The notes below the pieces were generated by a model that did no database searches, was not told where the DNA came from, and saw only the letters and a program-made list of their open reading frames with translations. A program made the translations under genes and the position numbers. A stretch of 64,000 bases of DNA from Nemertoderma westbladi (taxonomy: Eukaryota > Animalia > Xenacoelomorpha). Below are positions 1 through 12,934 of this stretch, in pieces; positions within the stretch are counted from its first letter, which is position 1, and every line of letters begins with the position of its first letter. Where the stretch lies: assembly GCA_032718475.1 (NCBI GenBank), contig JAUCBJ010001075.1, positions 829-64,828 on the forward strand, given 5' to 3'.

Positions 1-3000
1 TACAGTAGTCTAGTCTATTACCGGTGTATTTCACTGCATTACTGGGTGAATTGTTATCAATTCTGCAATTTAAAAATCCCGCCGGGTAAACATAACAACG
101 GACATACAGTATTTAAATAATTATGATGCTTTAATTTCGAATTTTCGCCCAACAAATATACCGAACCATTGTTTTCTGCCTCAATACAGTATTTAAAAAT
201 CCAGGTGTGTCTAGATGTTTCTGCCATTAAAACTTGTTTCCAGGTGTTTCCGCTTTTTAGTACGTACCGTGGCAGTGACGTCTTCATCTGTCTTGACTGC
301 AGGGTGCTGTTGGGTTTTTGGCATTACTCGGTCGCTACCGAGATTGTGTAATATTTGGTTTGATATATGAGCAATGTATGAACCATGCGCTGCATACTGG
401 TGGGAGCCGCTAGTGAGAACATTGTGAATGAGTGAGAATATTATAAATTTATTCTATAATATTGTATTCTAGACAATATTCTATTTGAATATTATTTATT
501 TCTCGACAAAAACCGCTTTCATGGAAGAGTTAATTATGTCAAATTTAATTATATGGTCAAATTGTGTAACCCATATAGTAGGCCTAGATACTTTTTACTT
601 ATAATATTTAGTTATAATTTGGTAGGCCTACATACATGGAAGTCTACTTTATTTAGGACTATTATTTTCATATTTGAGATTGTTATGGGGTAAGTCTAAG
701 AGGTTGGAACGATCAGGATAGTTTATCCTTAACATTTGTGTCTTACGACCTACGTGAACGTGTCTTTGTAAATTCCACCTCTTTTTGTTTTATCCCTCCA
801 AGAATATTGATTATAACTCATATTATAACTAAGAAGTACTGTTATGTGATGACAGTACTACCAACAACGGCTTATTGATTGAGAGGTGATTTAGCGATTT
901 GGCGCCAACTCTCAAAAAAATTACCGTAGTAACTTTACAGGTAAACAAGTTCATTTATACAACAGCCTAACTATCTTGATATACACAGTATAACAACACA
1001 AATATATCATTCCGACAGTTATATTACTCCCAATATAATATTCAATGGTCTGTTTATTGGCTTAAAGGTTTATAGGCTTCCTGATTAACTTATTACGACT
1101 AATTCTACATAAAAATATTGGATAAATTTTAAATAAACATCAAAATAATGGATAGTACTCTACACGACGAATCTGGACCGAACTGAACCGAACTGAACCG
1201 TACTCGATCGAAAGTGTGGCGAACTGGATGGAACTGGACCGCCAAATGAAAGATAATCTGAAAACAACCATCCTATGCAGAAAAGTGAAAATAAATATTG
1301 AATTATTGTGGTCGTTTCATATATATTGTAAATTTAGTTGCTTATAAGATGTCGCTAAATTAAGATTACTTGCTTCACATAAAACGTTGCTGTGCTGCTT
1401 TTATTAGTAGGTCAACCGGTAGCACGTATCTGCGTTTATAGATTGCAGTATTTTGGTACGTACTACTGTACTAAAAGGTAAAACGATCTATAACGGGCTA
1501 TAACGATCTATAACGGGCTATACTTCCTATAACAGGCTATAACCACCTATTACGAACTATAATATGAAAATTTACATAAAAAACGCCACTTGGATGTGTT
1601 TAACTTTTGGATTACACGGTGGTCTGAAAAATACCGCAGGTTAAAAATTAGGGTAGGCCTATGCCTGATACTGGTAAGTTTTTATTGGCCTATCTTCCTA
1701 TATTGCTCGCTATATTCTATATCAACCACAACAACACAAAGACTATACTGCTATATCAACGTACTACTATTTTACTTACCCCTTCCGCGTCTGCGTCTGG
1801 TACCATATAAGGCTTCTTATCTAACACACTAGTAACACTGACATATTTTGAAATTGATCGCCGTTATATCTCTACCGGTAAGATTTCCCATTTTCTTGGT
1901 TATATTTGAGATGTTCCTACAGTGCAGTGACGAGTCGGGAGAAACCCGGATGAGAGGAGAACGACAAGCAAACCAGGTCAGGCCTTACGTAGGTGATGAT
2001 GCGCGAATAAACCTTGGGACGTGACCCCCCAATACAACCGATGGGAAACAGTCAAGTCAAGCAGTCCATCCAAACAACGACGCTAGACAATAAACTCATA
2101 CGAGGAGGAAGCGCTGGTGTTTAAAATGCATAGTTGAAATAATGTAATATAGACTAGTGTAAATAAATTTGCGTTTCCAGCTATGATTTATTATATTATT
2201 ATTATTATACATTATTAATATTATTATTGTTAATATTATTGTTAATTTTTGCATATAGCTGAAGTTTTTTTTTTATTGTTTAGCACCAGTGATTATTTAT
2301 TATTATCAACAATATATTATTATCATATTAATATTAGTATTACATTAAACCAATTATAATAATAGAGGTCTCCTTGAGTTTGTTAATAGCAGCAGGTTTA
2401 CCTTCGGCTGTTGTCCCATTGTTTATACTGTTGGTTGCCGTTTCGAACTCGATTGGTTTCGGCGCTTTTGGTTTTGCTCCTTTCAGCGTCCAACGAAAGA
2501 ACTCCGGCCTCTGAAAAGGCGCTAAGCACGCTCAGAGAGGTCGTGGCCTCTGAGGCCCCGACCTATATATTTTATAGCTAAAGTTACAACAGCTAAATAA
2601 AATTATATTTTTGTATAATTGTAAATATATGTCAGAATGTTCTATTTTGTTATTTTCTCAAAATGTATCTCGTATAAACTGGAACTAGGAGACATATCCC
2701 CGTTAAGCAGAACGTCCATTTCAATGAGAATGGACAGACAAATTAACCCACAGTAGCATAATAACCTCGGCTTACAGCCACCGTAATTATACAGGTTAAT
2801 TTACTTCTGGAACGGCATCTGTGATTATTCAGTATTCACATTACTCATATTAACTCTAGAATATGACAATATTGTTTGTATCCCTATGCTTTATACAGTG
2901 AGTGGGAATGTAATAAAGTTTAAAAATATCACCAGTAAAAGGTGTCGGGTTATTTATGTTCTGGAACATAATGTACTGTCGACTACATATTAAATTTTCA

Positions 3001-3650
3001 TGGTAACTAGTGATATAAACATTTAAGTGAGGGAGCTGCTTCTTGGGATCCAAAGGCCAAATGTGAAACAAATTTTTAAAATGTTATTACACTCATCTTT
3101 TACTATTAAACATAATAAAAACAACCATTAAAATGTACCAAAACAATCAACGCCAATACAATTAAAACTTCAAGCACGAATTAAAGCAGGAACAATCAAA
3201 TTTAAATTATTTCATAATTAATTAATTAACACAATAAATTCAATATAAATTCATTCCCACAGGGCGCAGGCTTCTGACCAAATTTGACAACAAATTGGAA
3301 TTGGCCTCCCAATTTCGCGTCGCAGAGAATGTAGGTAGTCCGTACCAAACCCCAAGGCGATCCGGTCCGCCGCTAAACCCAGATCGCATTCCTCGTCGTC
3401 GTCGACGTATGTCTAACTCTTCCCGCCGCTCCAATTGTTATTCAAAAGTGAAAGGAAGGTCAAGACAAACCCAAAAATAGTATTTTTAAAATATTCTGAC
3501 ATTTGGTTTTCGATATATCGGCATTTTTCATTTTTTTGAAATAATACTGGTGGCAATTTTCAAAATTATGTGCCGGACAAAATTAAATCATGTCAAATTG
3601 TTATTCAAAATTGAAAGTTTCATCATAATACAATAATTAAATACAATCTA

Positions 3651-3680
<30 letters not shown>

Positions 3681-3681
<1 letters not shown>

Positions 3682-3843
3682 GTGAGGATACCACGGACTA
3701 TGATATAGTAGGCCTACTTACTGCTGTAAGGTAAGTCAGGCTGATTTGACTGGTACATATATATTTGGGATGCCATCCCATTGATTATTATTATTATTAT
3801 TATATGGGGGTTATGGAGATTATATACCTTCCTCTTATTCACA
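3681..3843 (+). repeat. Putative 5' LTR of the Gypsy element (163 bp)
   Basis: Begins TGTGA, ends TCACA (inverted termini), immediately upstream of a PBS-like TGGCGCAGT and gag; no second copy in the window. Confidence 0.65.
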
Positions 3844-6800
3844 TATGGCGCAGTTTGTAGTTGATCCTACGCAAAGTACCAACAAACTCATCAAAACACT
3901 CATGCCTACAGGTATTTACTGGTACCATTTATAAATTCGGGACTCTGGTTCACCATGCAGCGTGGGTGGTCTGGCAAGAAGGTACGCCCAGGCCAAGAGC
4001 AGTCTGACTCTGGAAGTGACGCTGAAACTGTGGCTGCAACAGGAGGATTTGTTATCGCCGCTCTTACACACATGTTTCAGGAGCAACTATCGGCTCAAAA
4101 TACTGTCTCTGAACGGCGGCGCCTGGCCGAAATCCAGGGTGCTGCCCTCGAGCCACAAACTGTGGCTCATGAACGCATTGCTCATCTACTTGCTACCATA
4201 CAGCAACAACATGTGGAACCGACTCAACCAGTGCTGAATTGCCAGGCGACCAATGCCGACCTCCCAAAACGACGCACCATCGATATTAAGGATATCAACA
4301 AACTTGGAGATGATGTCGACCTCCCCACATTCCGGAAGTGGTGGAAGTCCTGGAATGTTAGGATATTCAGCAAACCCTAGAGATCACTCTCCACATCGAC
4401 CTCAACTCCGATGATACAATGATGGCGATAATACTCGACACTCTTCAGGCTCACCTCCACGCCAAACGATCAATTGCTCTAGATCGGATCAAGTTCCACA
4501 GCGCTACTCTGGGGCCCAACCAGTCATTTGAATCTTTTAGGCAACCCCTTGAGGAGTTGGCTGATAATGCAGAGATGTGCATACACTGCAGACAGGACCC
4601 AATCGTAACTCGGATTATAATCGGGATTTGATCCTCAGAGATCCGGACTAAACTCCTCCGCATACTTCCTGCTCAAACCCTGGAAAATGCCACCACAATC
4701 TGCCAATCTATGGAATCGAGTGAAAGAAATGAATCTATAATTGGAAGTGGCTGTCCCATTCAGCAGATTTCTCGGACAGGCCAATATCAATGGGGACGGA
4801 GTTTATCAAATCCTCGTGATCATAACCACGGTCGCTCACCAAGCTCGGAACGCGCTGGTTCTTGCAGAAATTGCGGTCACCCCTATAATCTAGGGAGATC
4901 CCACTGCCCTGCATGAGAATCGAAATGTGGTGGATGTGGGAAACGGGAGCATTTCAGACGCGTATGCCGGAGCTCGAAAGCCAACCCACGCCCAATGGAC
5001 TCTAAACCTACAGGTAATGTTTCTAATCTAAACACTGTTCTTCCACCACGTGCTGGAATAAACCATGTTTAGGTTCAGTCTACCAAACATGTTTCTTCCA
5101 CCATATGCGACCTGCGATACAACCAGGTTACAGTTCATGATGGGAAAACGGGACAGTGGCTTCAGTTGATTAAAGCCCTCCCAGACAGTGGTGCGGCTGC
5201 TTCAATCATAAGTTGGAAAGTTTTTGCTATTATGGTGGATGCCCAATCGGAACTAATACCCACTCCAGGTGCGGATCTCCTTGCTGCTGATGGCCTTCGG
5301 CTTCAGATCCTCGAAAAACTACCTGTCTGCCTTTCTTATTCCAGTGCAGCCTGCGACACCAAACTCTTTGTCTCAGAGGAAACTCAGGGTTACATCCTAT
5401 CCCGACAAACTTCGCAGGTCCTAGGAATTCTCCCAGCTACATTTCCCCGGTGTATCGATGCTGTAGAGTTCCCAATACACTCAATCCACCCAGGTGATAT
5501 TCCTCAGCTCAAGCAAAAGTTGATGAGCGAATTTGCAGGAGTTTTTCACGAATCTGATAAACCTCTCCCTACGATGGATGGTCCCCCAATGCGGATAACT
5601 CTTAAGAAGGGAGCCCAACCCCTCCATATCAATGGGGCGCGACCCATTCCCTTTGTTCTCATGGATGAGGTAAAACAACTCCTCGGCGGCATGGAACAAC
5701 GCCAAGACATTGCCAAGATATCTGAGCCAACTGAGTGGGCTCATCCAATGACTGTGGCTCGGAAACGAAGTGGGAAGCTGCGGCTTTGTGTAGACCTGTA
5801 ACACCTCAACCACCAGGTCAAACCACCAGGTCTTGTACAGTCATTAACAGCATCCCAAGCTCTGCCAAATATTTTTCTGTATTTGATGCAGCTTACGGAT
5901 ATTGGCAGGTGCCACAGAGTCGCAGCTCCTAACAACTTTCACAACACATTGGGGTCGTTATATCCATCACCGCAGTGTCATGGGTCTCATATCCAGTGGA
6001 GATGAATTTAGTCGCCGTAGGGATGATGCTGTCCATGGGTTACCCAATCTCTTATAGATAGTAGACGATGTTCTCTTGTACCATGACACACTGGAGCAAC
6101 ACATTGCTGGAGTATGCAATTTTCTCCAAAGGTGTCGTGAACATAATATCACTCTTCATCCTGGGAAAGTCCAATTTGCTCTTTCTGAGGTCAAGTTTTC
6201 AGGCTACCTTGTTGGGTCATCTGGAATACACGCTGACCCCGCTAAGACCCAGGCAATATCCTCATTTCCACGTCCAACAAATATAACCGAACTTAGATCA
6301 TTTGTGGGTCTGGTTGAGCAATTGGCTCCTTTTTTACAGGACATAGCTCTATCACTCTATCACACTATCACCTCTTCGTCCACTTCTCAGCACAAAGAAG
6401 AAAACTTTCCCCTTATGTATTTAACACAATCTGGAAAAAAGGTAAGAATCATCGAATTCCTGATGCGCTATCTCGTGTGCCATGCGCCATAATCCCACCC
6501 CAGCCTATATCACAGATGATGGTGAAACCTCGCACTGCATTCAGGCTGTCACATCCCATGCCGCTAATCTTTTAGGGTCCCTTGGGTCAAATCCCCCTAT
6601 ACTGGATTCGGAGATACCAGCGCACCTGGCTGACCCAGTACTCCCTTCACTGTTTAAGTCAGCTCGGGAGGACCCTGATTATGTAACCCTTCTAGAAGCT
6701 GTTCATTCTGGTTTCCAACCTTCTTCACGATCTCACCCTGGAGTTGCTCCATTCTGGTAAATCCGGGATGATCTTACCACAGATCAAGATCTGGTACTAT

Positions 6801-7249
6801 ATAGGATAGTGATTCCTAAATCCTGGAGAAGGGAAACCCTCATTAAACTCCATGCTGCCCACCAGGGTGTATCACATACCCTCCAGCATGCAAGGCAGGT
6901 TGTTTACTGGCCAGGGATCACCTCTGACTTTCACAACACAGTGAGCTCATGTGCGAAATGCCTCAACTTTCAACCCTGTCATCCAATGCAGCCCCTCCTC
7001 AACGACCCACTGCCAATGAGGCCCTTTGAAGACATATCCGGAGACTTTTATTTGCTCGATGGACACGACTTTCTGGCCATTGCTGACCGGTATTCAGGCT
7101 GGCCTGTGGTGTTCCCTTTTGCAAACCCACCAACAGCCAATAAAACAGCCTCCTGTCTACGGAACATATTTATACAATATGGTGTCCCAGCATGGTTCCG
7201 TTCTGATGGCGGAACACAATTTACTGCTCATTTACTGCTTATTTACTTT
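3681..7249 (+). mobile_element. Degenerate Ty3/Gypsy LTR retrotransposon (Mag-like), 3' truncated
   Basis: Short 5' LTR TGTGA...TCACA (3681-3843) followed by PBS-like TGGCGCAGT (3846). Gag with two Cys/His knuckles (CRNCGHPYNLGRSHCPA, CGGCGKREHFRRVC), protease ALPDSGA, RT PTEWAHPMTVARKRSGKLRLCVDL / VFDAAYGYWQVP / IVDDVLLY, integrase LHAAHQG..VYWPGI..CAKC and DRYSGW..GVPAWFRSDGGTQF. Many stops and frameshifts; RNase H largely missing. Confidence 0.9.
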
Positions 7250-8232
7250 TGTGTCCGACAACCGGAACCTTACCCTTCCCGAACCCACACAGATATTATA
7301 CTAGTACCACGGGTTTCCCACCCAAGCCTACTGTTTGTACTGTAAGGGTAATTACTGTAGCGTTTGTACTGTAGGTGTAGGTAGGATCACGGAACTGACT
7401 AGTTACAGGGCACACAGGGGGGGGGGGGACTGGGCTGCAGTGATTTCAAGGAATATTAGTATTAGGTTACTACGTACGCCTTCCACCAAGTCAACTCTCA
7501 AGGTATCAATACACACACGGGGCTAGGGTGATTACAAACGGGTTATACAAAGAGCACGTGGGCTGGGATAGGCTGGCTGCACCTGTGGCAGGACATTGGT
7601 AGCAGGGAGATGGGATATTGGCCTTACTGGTTGGAGGCAGTGACAGGGATGTACAAATTAGGCGGTCAATACGTACTACATATGTACTAGTTTATTGTTA
7701 TATTGGGGGGGGGGGGGGGGGGTTTCAGTAGGTTTTAGTTTTATTTTAGGTAGTAGAATTATGTACTTAATTAGGGTTTTTGCTACGTATGGGTGCCAGG
7801 CTGGGGTCTTAAACCCCCATTCTGGCTCATTACTAGGGAATATTCATCCGCGCTACCAGGGTACATTATACACAGATTAGCAATATTGGTTCAGTTGGTT
7901 TGGTGACAGAGTGGAAGGTGATATTGTTGTTTTATGGCACATAGTTCTTTAGTAGTACAGATTCTTTAGTTTTACGTATTTGCTTATATTATTGTCTGAT
8001 TCTTACACATATTATTCATACCTGATTTATTGTTTGTTATCCGAGATATTCTGTTTATATTCTGTTTATATTCTGTATTACTATGGTGCTGTGCAGGGAT
8101 CGGCCTGCACAGACACTACACTGGAGCGTTTAGTTATCAGTTTCCTTTCCACCGGACGGGCGGGTTACCTGATTTGGGCGGTCCAGTGGGGAACTCATCA
8201 TTACATGATATTTACACCACTACACCAACCCA
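7250..8232 (+). repeat. BEL/Pao 5' LTR (~983 bp)
   Basis: TGTGTCCGACAACCGGAACC...TACACCAACCCA matches 21549-22192 apart from a ~330 bp extra segment, an 11-bp duplication and a few substitutions. Confidence 0.92.
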
Positions 8233-8423
8233 AAAATAAAGCAACATCACGGGTGGGGGCTGTCTCAGAAAACGACAGCCTCGATAACGACACGACAAAG
8301 ACCTGCGACGCGGCTTCCCGCGAACCGGCAGACTGGCTTAAAAAACTGTAAGATAGGCCTAAAAGTATTCCATTATTCTGTAACTCAGACCTGTCAGTCC
8401 CTCTATAGGCTATCGTACCTAAG

Positions 8424-11400
8424 ATGTCAGACAGTCTACTTTCTGGCAGTCAGCCAGCGACAGCACCTGGCCAGGTTGAACCCGGGGTTCAACCCGCCAC
8501 TGGCGGGGCAGCAATGGCTGCCCCAGCTACAGCCTCGAGTCCCTTCTCGGACCTGAGCAACCCAGTATCGGGACGCGGAAGCCCCGTGGGCCCGAGCTCC
8601 CGGGAATCCCCACCTATCCCGTCGACGGAAGGGTCCGTCAGGCGGCCAGCCGGGACCACGACACCCGATGAAACGCGGACGTGGATAAACGAGTTAATCA
8701 CGGCAGCGACGCAGTCACTCCCGACTGAGTTACTACAACGAGGAGAACCACCACCACCCCCCGCCGGTCCGGCATGGTTTCCAGAGGAACACCAAAGTCG
8801 GGAGAGATCCAGATCACCTCCCTCCAAACCGGAGCCGGCGATAGATGACGACAAGGGAAGCGGGATGGACCCAGACCGGGAACCCTTGCAATTAATCCCA
8901 GGACTACCCGAACACCCCAACGAGGTCCCCCCTATGAGGAGATCACCTCGACGGATGCGGGGAATACCCAAACATTCAGTCCGAGGACGCTCGCGAGAAA
9001 GAAGCGATCAGACGAACCCGATGGGACGGCCCAACGGGACAACGAACTGGAGGAAGCTCCGTTCTTCCTCGGACCCCAACCGGCCCCTAGCGCAGCTTGA
9101 CACAGGGGTGATCGAGCGAGCGGGGCGACAGTTTCGATTACAGCGAAGACGATTGGAGACCTGGGCGACTGCCGGACGACCGGATATCGACCTGGCGGCA
9201 GCCCTCGAGGTAGTCAACGACTACCTCAGGATTCTTGGAGAGCAAGGCGACGAGGAGGAAGCCAAACACTGGGAGATGGACATCGGGGGAATATTGGACG
9301 ATGCGTTTGATAAATGTTTATTCAATCAACAGGTAAGGGTGGGAAACATTTTTATAGGTATACCCAGCCAGCCACAAAACGGCTGGACTGGCATACCCCT
9401 AGCCGGTGACGGCAGAAACCAGGATGAGATACAACCTGGGGACAGTGCGAGTCAGCCGCGGGGTTCAAATTCGAACGCGTCTGACTCCATTCAAAACCGA
9501 GTGGAGTATGAAGAGGCTCTCTTTGAGATGGAAAGGCTCGACCGAGAGGAAACTCTTGAGCGAGAATTAATGAACCAAAAACTTGAATGTGAGAGGGTTG
9601 CGCGTGAGGCGGCCCAGAGAGTGATTGAGGCGGCCCAACGAGCGGACCGCGAGGAGATAGCGAGAGAGAAATTGCGAGCTGATAATAAAGTGAGAGACGA
9701 GGCGCGTTTACTAGCGATACGTAAGTTAGCGATGGCGCAAGCGCGCGGGGTGAAGGGGGGCTCCACTGCGGGTGGTGGTGTGGGGTCCAGAGTGAGCAAT
9801 AATAGTGTACGTTCAGCGAGAGCCGTTGAGCCGGCCCGCCTCGGTAATAGGGCTCCACAGGGGCCCAGCTCGTCTAGCTAAAAAACAGCCGGTTGGGCTG
9901 GGTGGAGCCAGTGTGAGTGGGAGTGGTGAATTCGGGGGCGTACCTGTAGGAGTAGCTGCAGCAACTATAGCACCCACAGTAAGCACCCCACCGATAGTTG
10001 TAGTACCTACGGTAGTAACTACACATACCACAACACCTACTATAAGCACTACACCTAATATAACTCCCACAGTTATAAGAGGAACGAGTTTTTATGGCGG
10101 CCCGGGTATTTTTACGGGTCCGCCTCCGCCTGGCGCTACCAGGAATGGCGGCCCGGGTATTTTTACGGGTCCGCCTCCGCCTGGCGCAACCAGGATCACG
10201 GCGATACAGGAGCTGCCTCCGACTACCATGAACCCTCCTCAGGTAGTACCGGCTGTAGTGGTCGTTGATACCGATGAGGTAAATGAACCGAGAGGATCAG
10301 CAATGTATTACCCCACCCAGAATCGGGGTGGGCTTCCAGCAGAGGAGGCGACACAGGGGGAGCGAGAAGGAGAGCTCCAGGTTGGACAGGGGGAGCCTGC
10401 AGTAGGGTTCCGAGTAACACAGGGGGAGGTAGACATCGCCTCCACACACACACAGAGCCACGCCTCGAGGGAGGCGGACCACCAGGGCTTAAGAGTGCTA
10501 ACCTCCCTCAAATTTCTGCAAGATAATACTGGTAAGTTAATTATCGCAGAACAAGGGGAACAGGGAAGTTCCCCTACGGCGAACTCGAGGGGACTTCGAG
10601 TAGGGGCCCCAGAATTCGCGCCGGTGGTAGATAACACCACCAGCCGGGGGAGAGTAAACTTACAGAGCGGGACCGTCGGCTTTGCCCCGCGGACGGTACC
10701 GACAATTAGTGAGACTGCAGCCCGAGGAGGGGACCTGCAGACAGACAGAAGGGATGGACGGGAGTCAGCCTCCGATAGGCCCGACTCAACCGCCCACAGG
10801 AGGAGGCCAGAGTCGAGGTATCTGGCGGAGCTCTGCAGAAAAGGGGGTTCGCCGAGCCCCCCCCCCCCCCCCCCCACGTACAACAACACGTTCATTTGGA
10901 AATTCTGAATGGCCCCAACAGAATTCCATATATGAACGTACAACTCACCCAGACCCTCCCCCCTCAGGGAGGCGAACGGGCGAGTCCCCAGGTAGAGAAC
11001 AATACCCGGATTACCCACGTCCGGGAAGTCGGTTGGGTGAACCGGGGTTTGAGCTACCACCGCTTGCGTACCCGACCAACGGGGTCGGACGGTCCATAGA
11101 CCCCTTCGGACCGTTGGAGGAGCCCACGTCAACACGGACGGACTCATCACCGCGTGTGTACAATGACACAAACTCAACCCATGATAACGAGGCGGTTTCG
11201 ACAGCGAAAATGCTACATATTATACGTGAGCAGAACGAGCTACCAAAATCCTTAGCCTTTAAATTCGACGGGAAACACCCCAAGGAATACATACAATTTA
11301 GGGCACTGTTTTCCAACGAAATCCTAACAAAAAAATGTCAGACACCCGTCGACTAACCTATTTGGCGACTTATCTAGCGGGTGACCCGAGGAAACTCGTC

Positions 11401-12934
11401 AATCGTTTCCAGGGCCAGTTGAATGGGTTCAGGAAAGCCTGGAAGGCGATAGAGGATCGGTATGGTGATCCGGAACAGATCATCGATGACGCCATATTCC
11501 ACCTCACTGATGGGGTGAAGGTGGAAACACCAGACGAGATGACGGAATACAGCGATCGAATAATTCAGTTGATTAATTCCATCGAGACGATGGGCGAGAC
11601 CTACCATCTCAAGGCGGGCGGGCTGCTGAATCAAGTGGTTGATGTACTACCATTACATCTACGTCGCAGCTGGGCGCAGCAAGTGACAAAGATTACAGCT
11701 ACGCAACATCGCCGAGCAACGCTAGGAGAATTTGCTGACTTCATGGAGTACAAGTCAGCGAGCGCTAATCAGCGCTGCTTAAAATACCCCAAGGATAAAG
11801 GGCGAAGTCGACAGGAACAGGGAGACCGTGGAAAAAGGGAATACCCCACGGGCCGTTTCAAATCCAATTGGAAGTCGAGCAACACCCAAAAATTTGCCTG
11901 TAACAACGTTGGGGACAACAACTACAGGGGTAGACCGTCGGAACCGGCGCATAATCGGGCGCCGGGCCGATCGCCTTCGCGGGAGAGCAGTCGGGGCGGG
12001 TCGACCCCACCAACTAACAATCGACAGGTCCTCTTCGAGGAATCTAAGAGCGGAAGCACCCTACCCACAGCGAGAAGGGGAAGTGGGCAATGGGTGAAAG
12101 ATGTCTTTTTTATGGACATCGGGGAGTTCCCTTTCAACGAAGAAAGGTATTGCCAGTTCCATAGGGGAACGTCTCACAGAACGATTGAGTGCAGAAATTG
12201 GCAGAAGATGGACGCCGACACACACAAGGCGTATGCTAGGAAGCATCACCTGTGTTGGACTTGTGCTCGAACAGGACACTCTGGGCGGGAATGCCCATAC
12301 GATAGTAAGAACACAGAGGGGGACGGTAAGTCCACCGAGCAGCAGTCGCATAAACATGCGGATAATAGGACAGCGGGGGAGAGGGTGGCCGATAAACAGG
12401 TGGCCTTCCCTGTCTTTCCCATGAGACGGAGGTTGCGGAAACCACCGAAGATTAAACCCTATGTGTACCTGAGGATTGTTGCATTAGCGGTATGTGATAA
12501 CCGCGGTCAGCAGGTAACCACTTTGGGGCTCTTAGACGGAGGTTCAGCGATAACGATGATGGACAGAGTGGTTGCAGACCGCCTTCAAGTTAAACGAAGG
12601 AAGGCATTTATGCAACTCTGTACCATTGCCAATCCGGACAGAGATGTAGAGTACGACTTGATTCTATGTCGATTAAAATCTATTGTGACATATTCCCAAT
12701 ATAAGTCGGACCTTATTGAGGCTCGGGTTCTACCCGAGCTCAACGTACCGGCAGACCGGCCCTCGGCCGATGAAATTCAACAATACACATACGCCCGGGG
12801 ACTGAACTTTAACATACCCAGATGACCTGGATGTACCCTATGTATCAGTACTTATTGGTATAGATTGCCCAGGTTCTCACCGGCTACTGCAACCTACCAT
12901 CGAAGGACCAGACCCCGAAAGGGACCCTCAGGTC
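8424..12934 (+). CDS. gag: BEL/Pao gag-protease region (frameshifted pieces 8424-9881, 9805-10908, 10682-11356, 11335-12825)
   Basis: EIQPGDSASQ motif and coiled coil; DUF1759-like FKFDGKHPKEYIQFRALF..LTYLATYLAGDP; knuckles CQFHRGTSHRTIEC and CWTCARTGHSGREC; aspartic protease LLDGGSAIT; after a +1 shift at ~12817 it reads VSVLIGID..TPYGW in frame with pol. Confidence 0.85.

Noticed and set aside
3654-3680. Long poly-C/poly-G tracts (also ~7704, 20405, 30394, 33882, 44700)
   Set aside because: Recurrent simple homopolymers of uncertain length; no evidence for a specific function.
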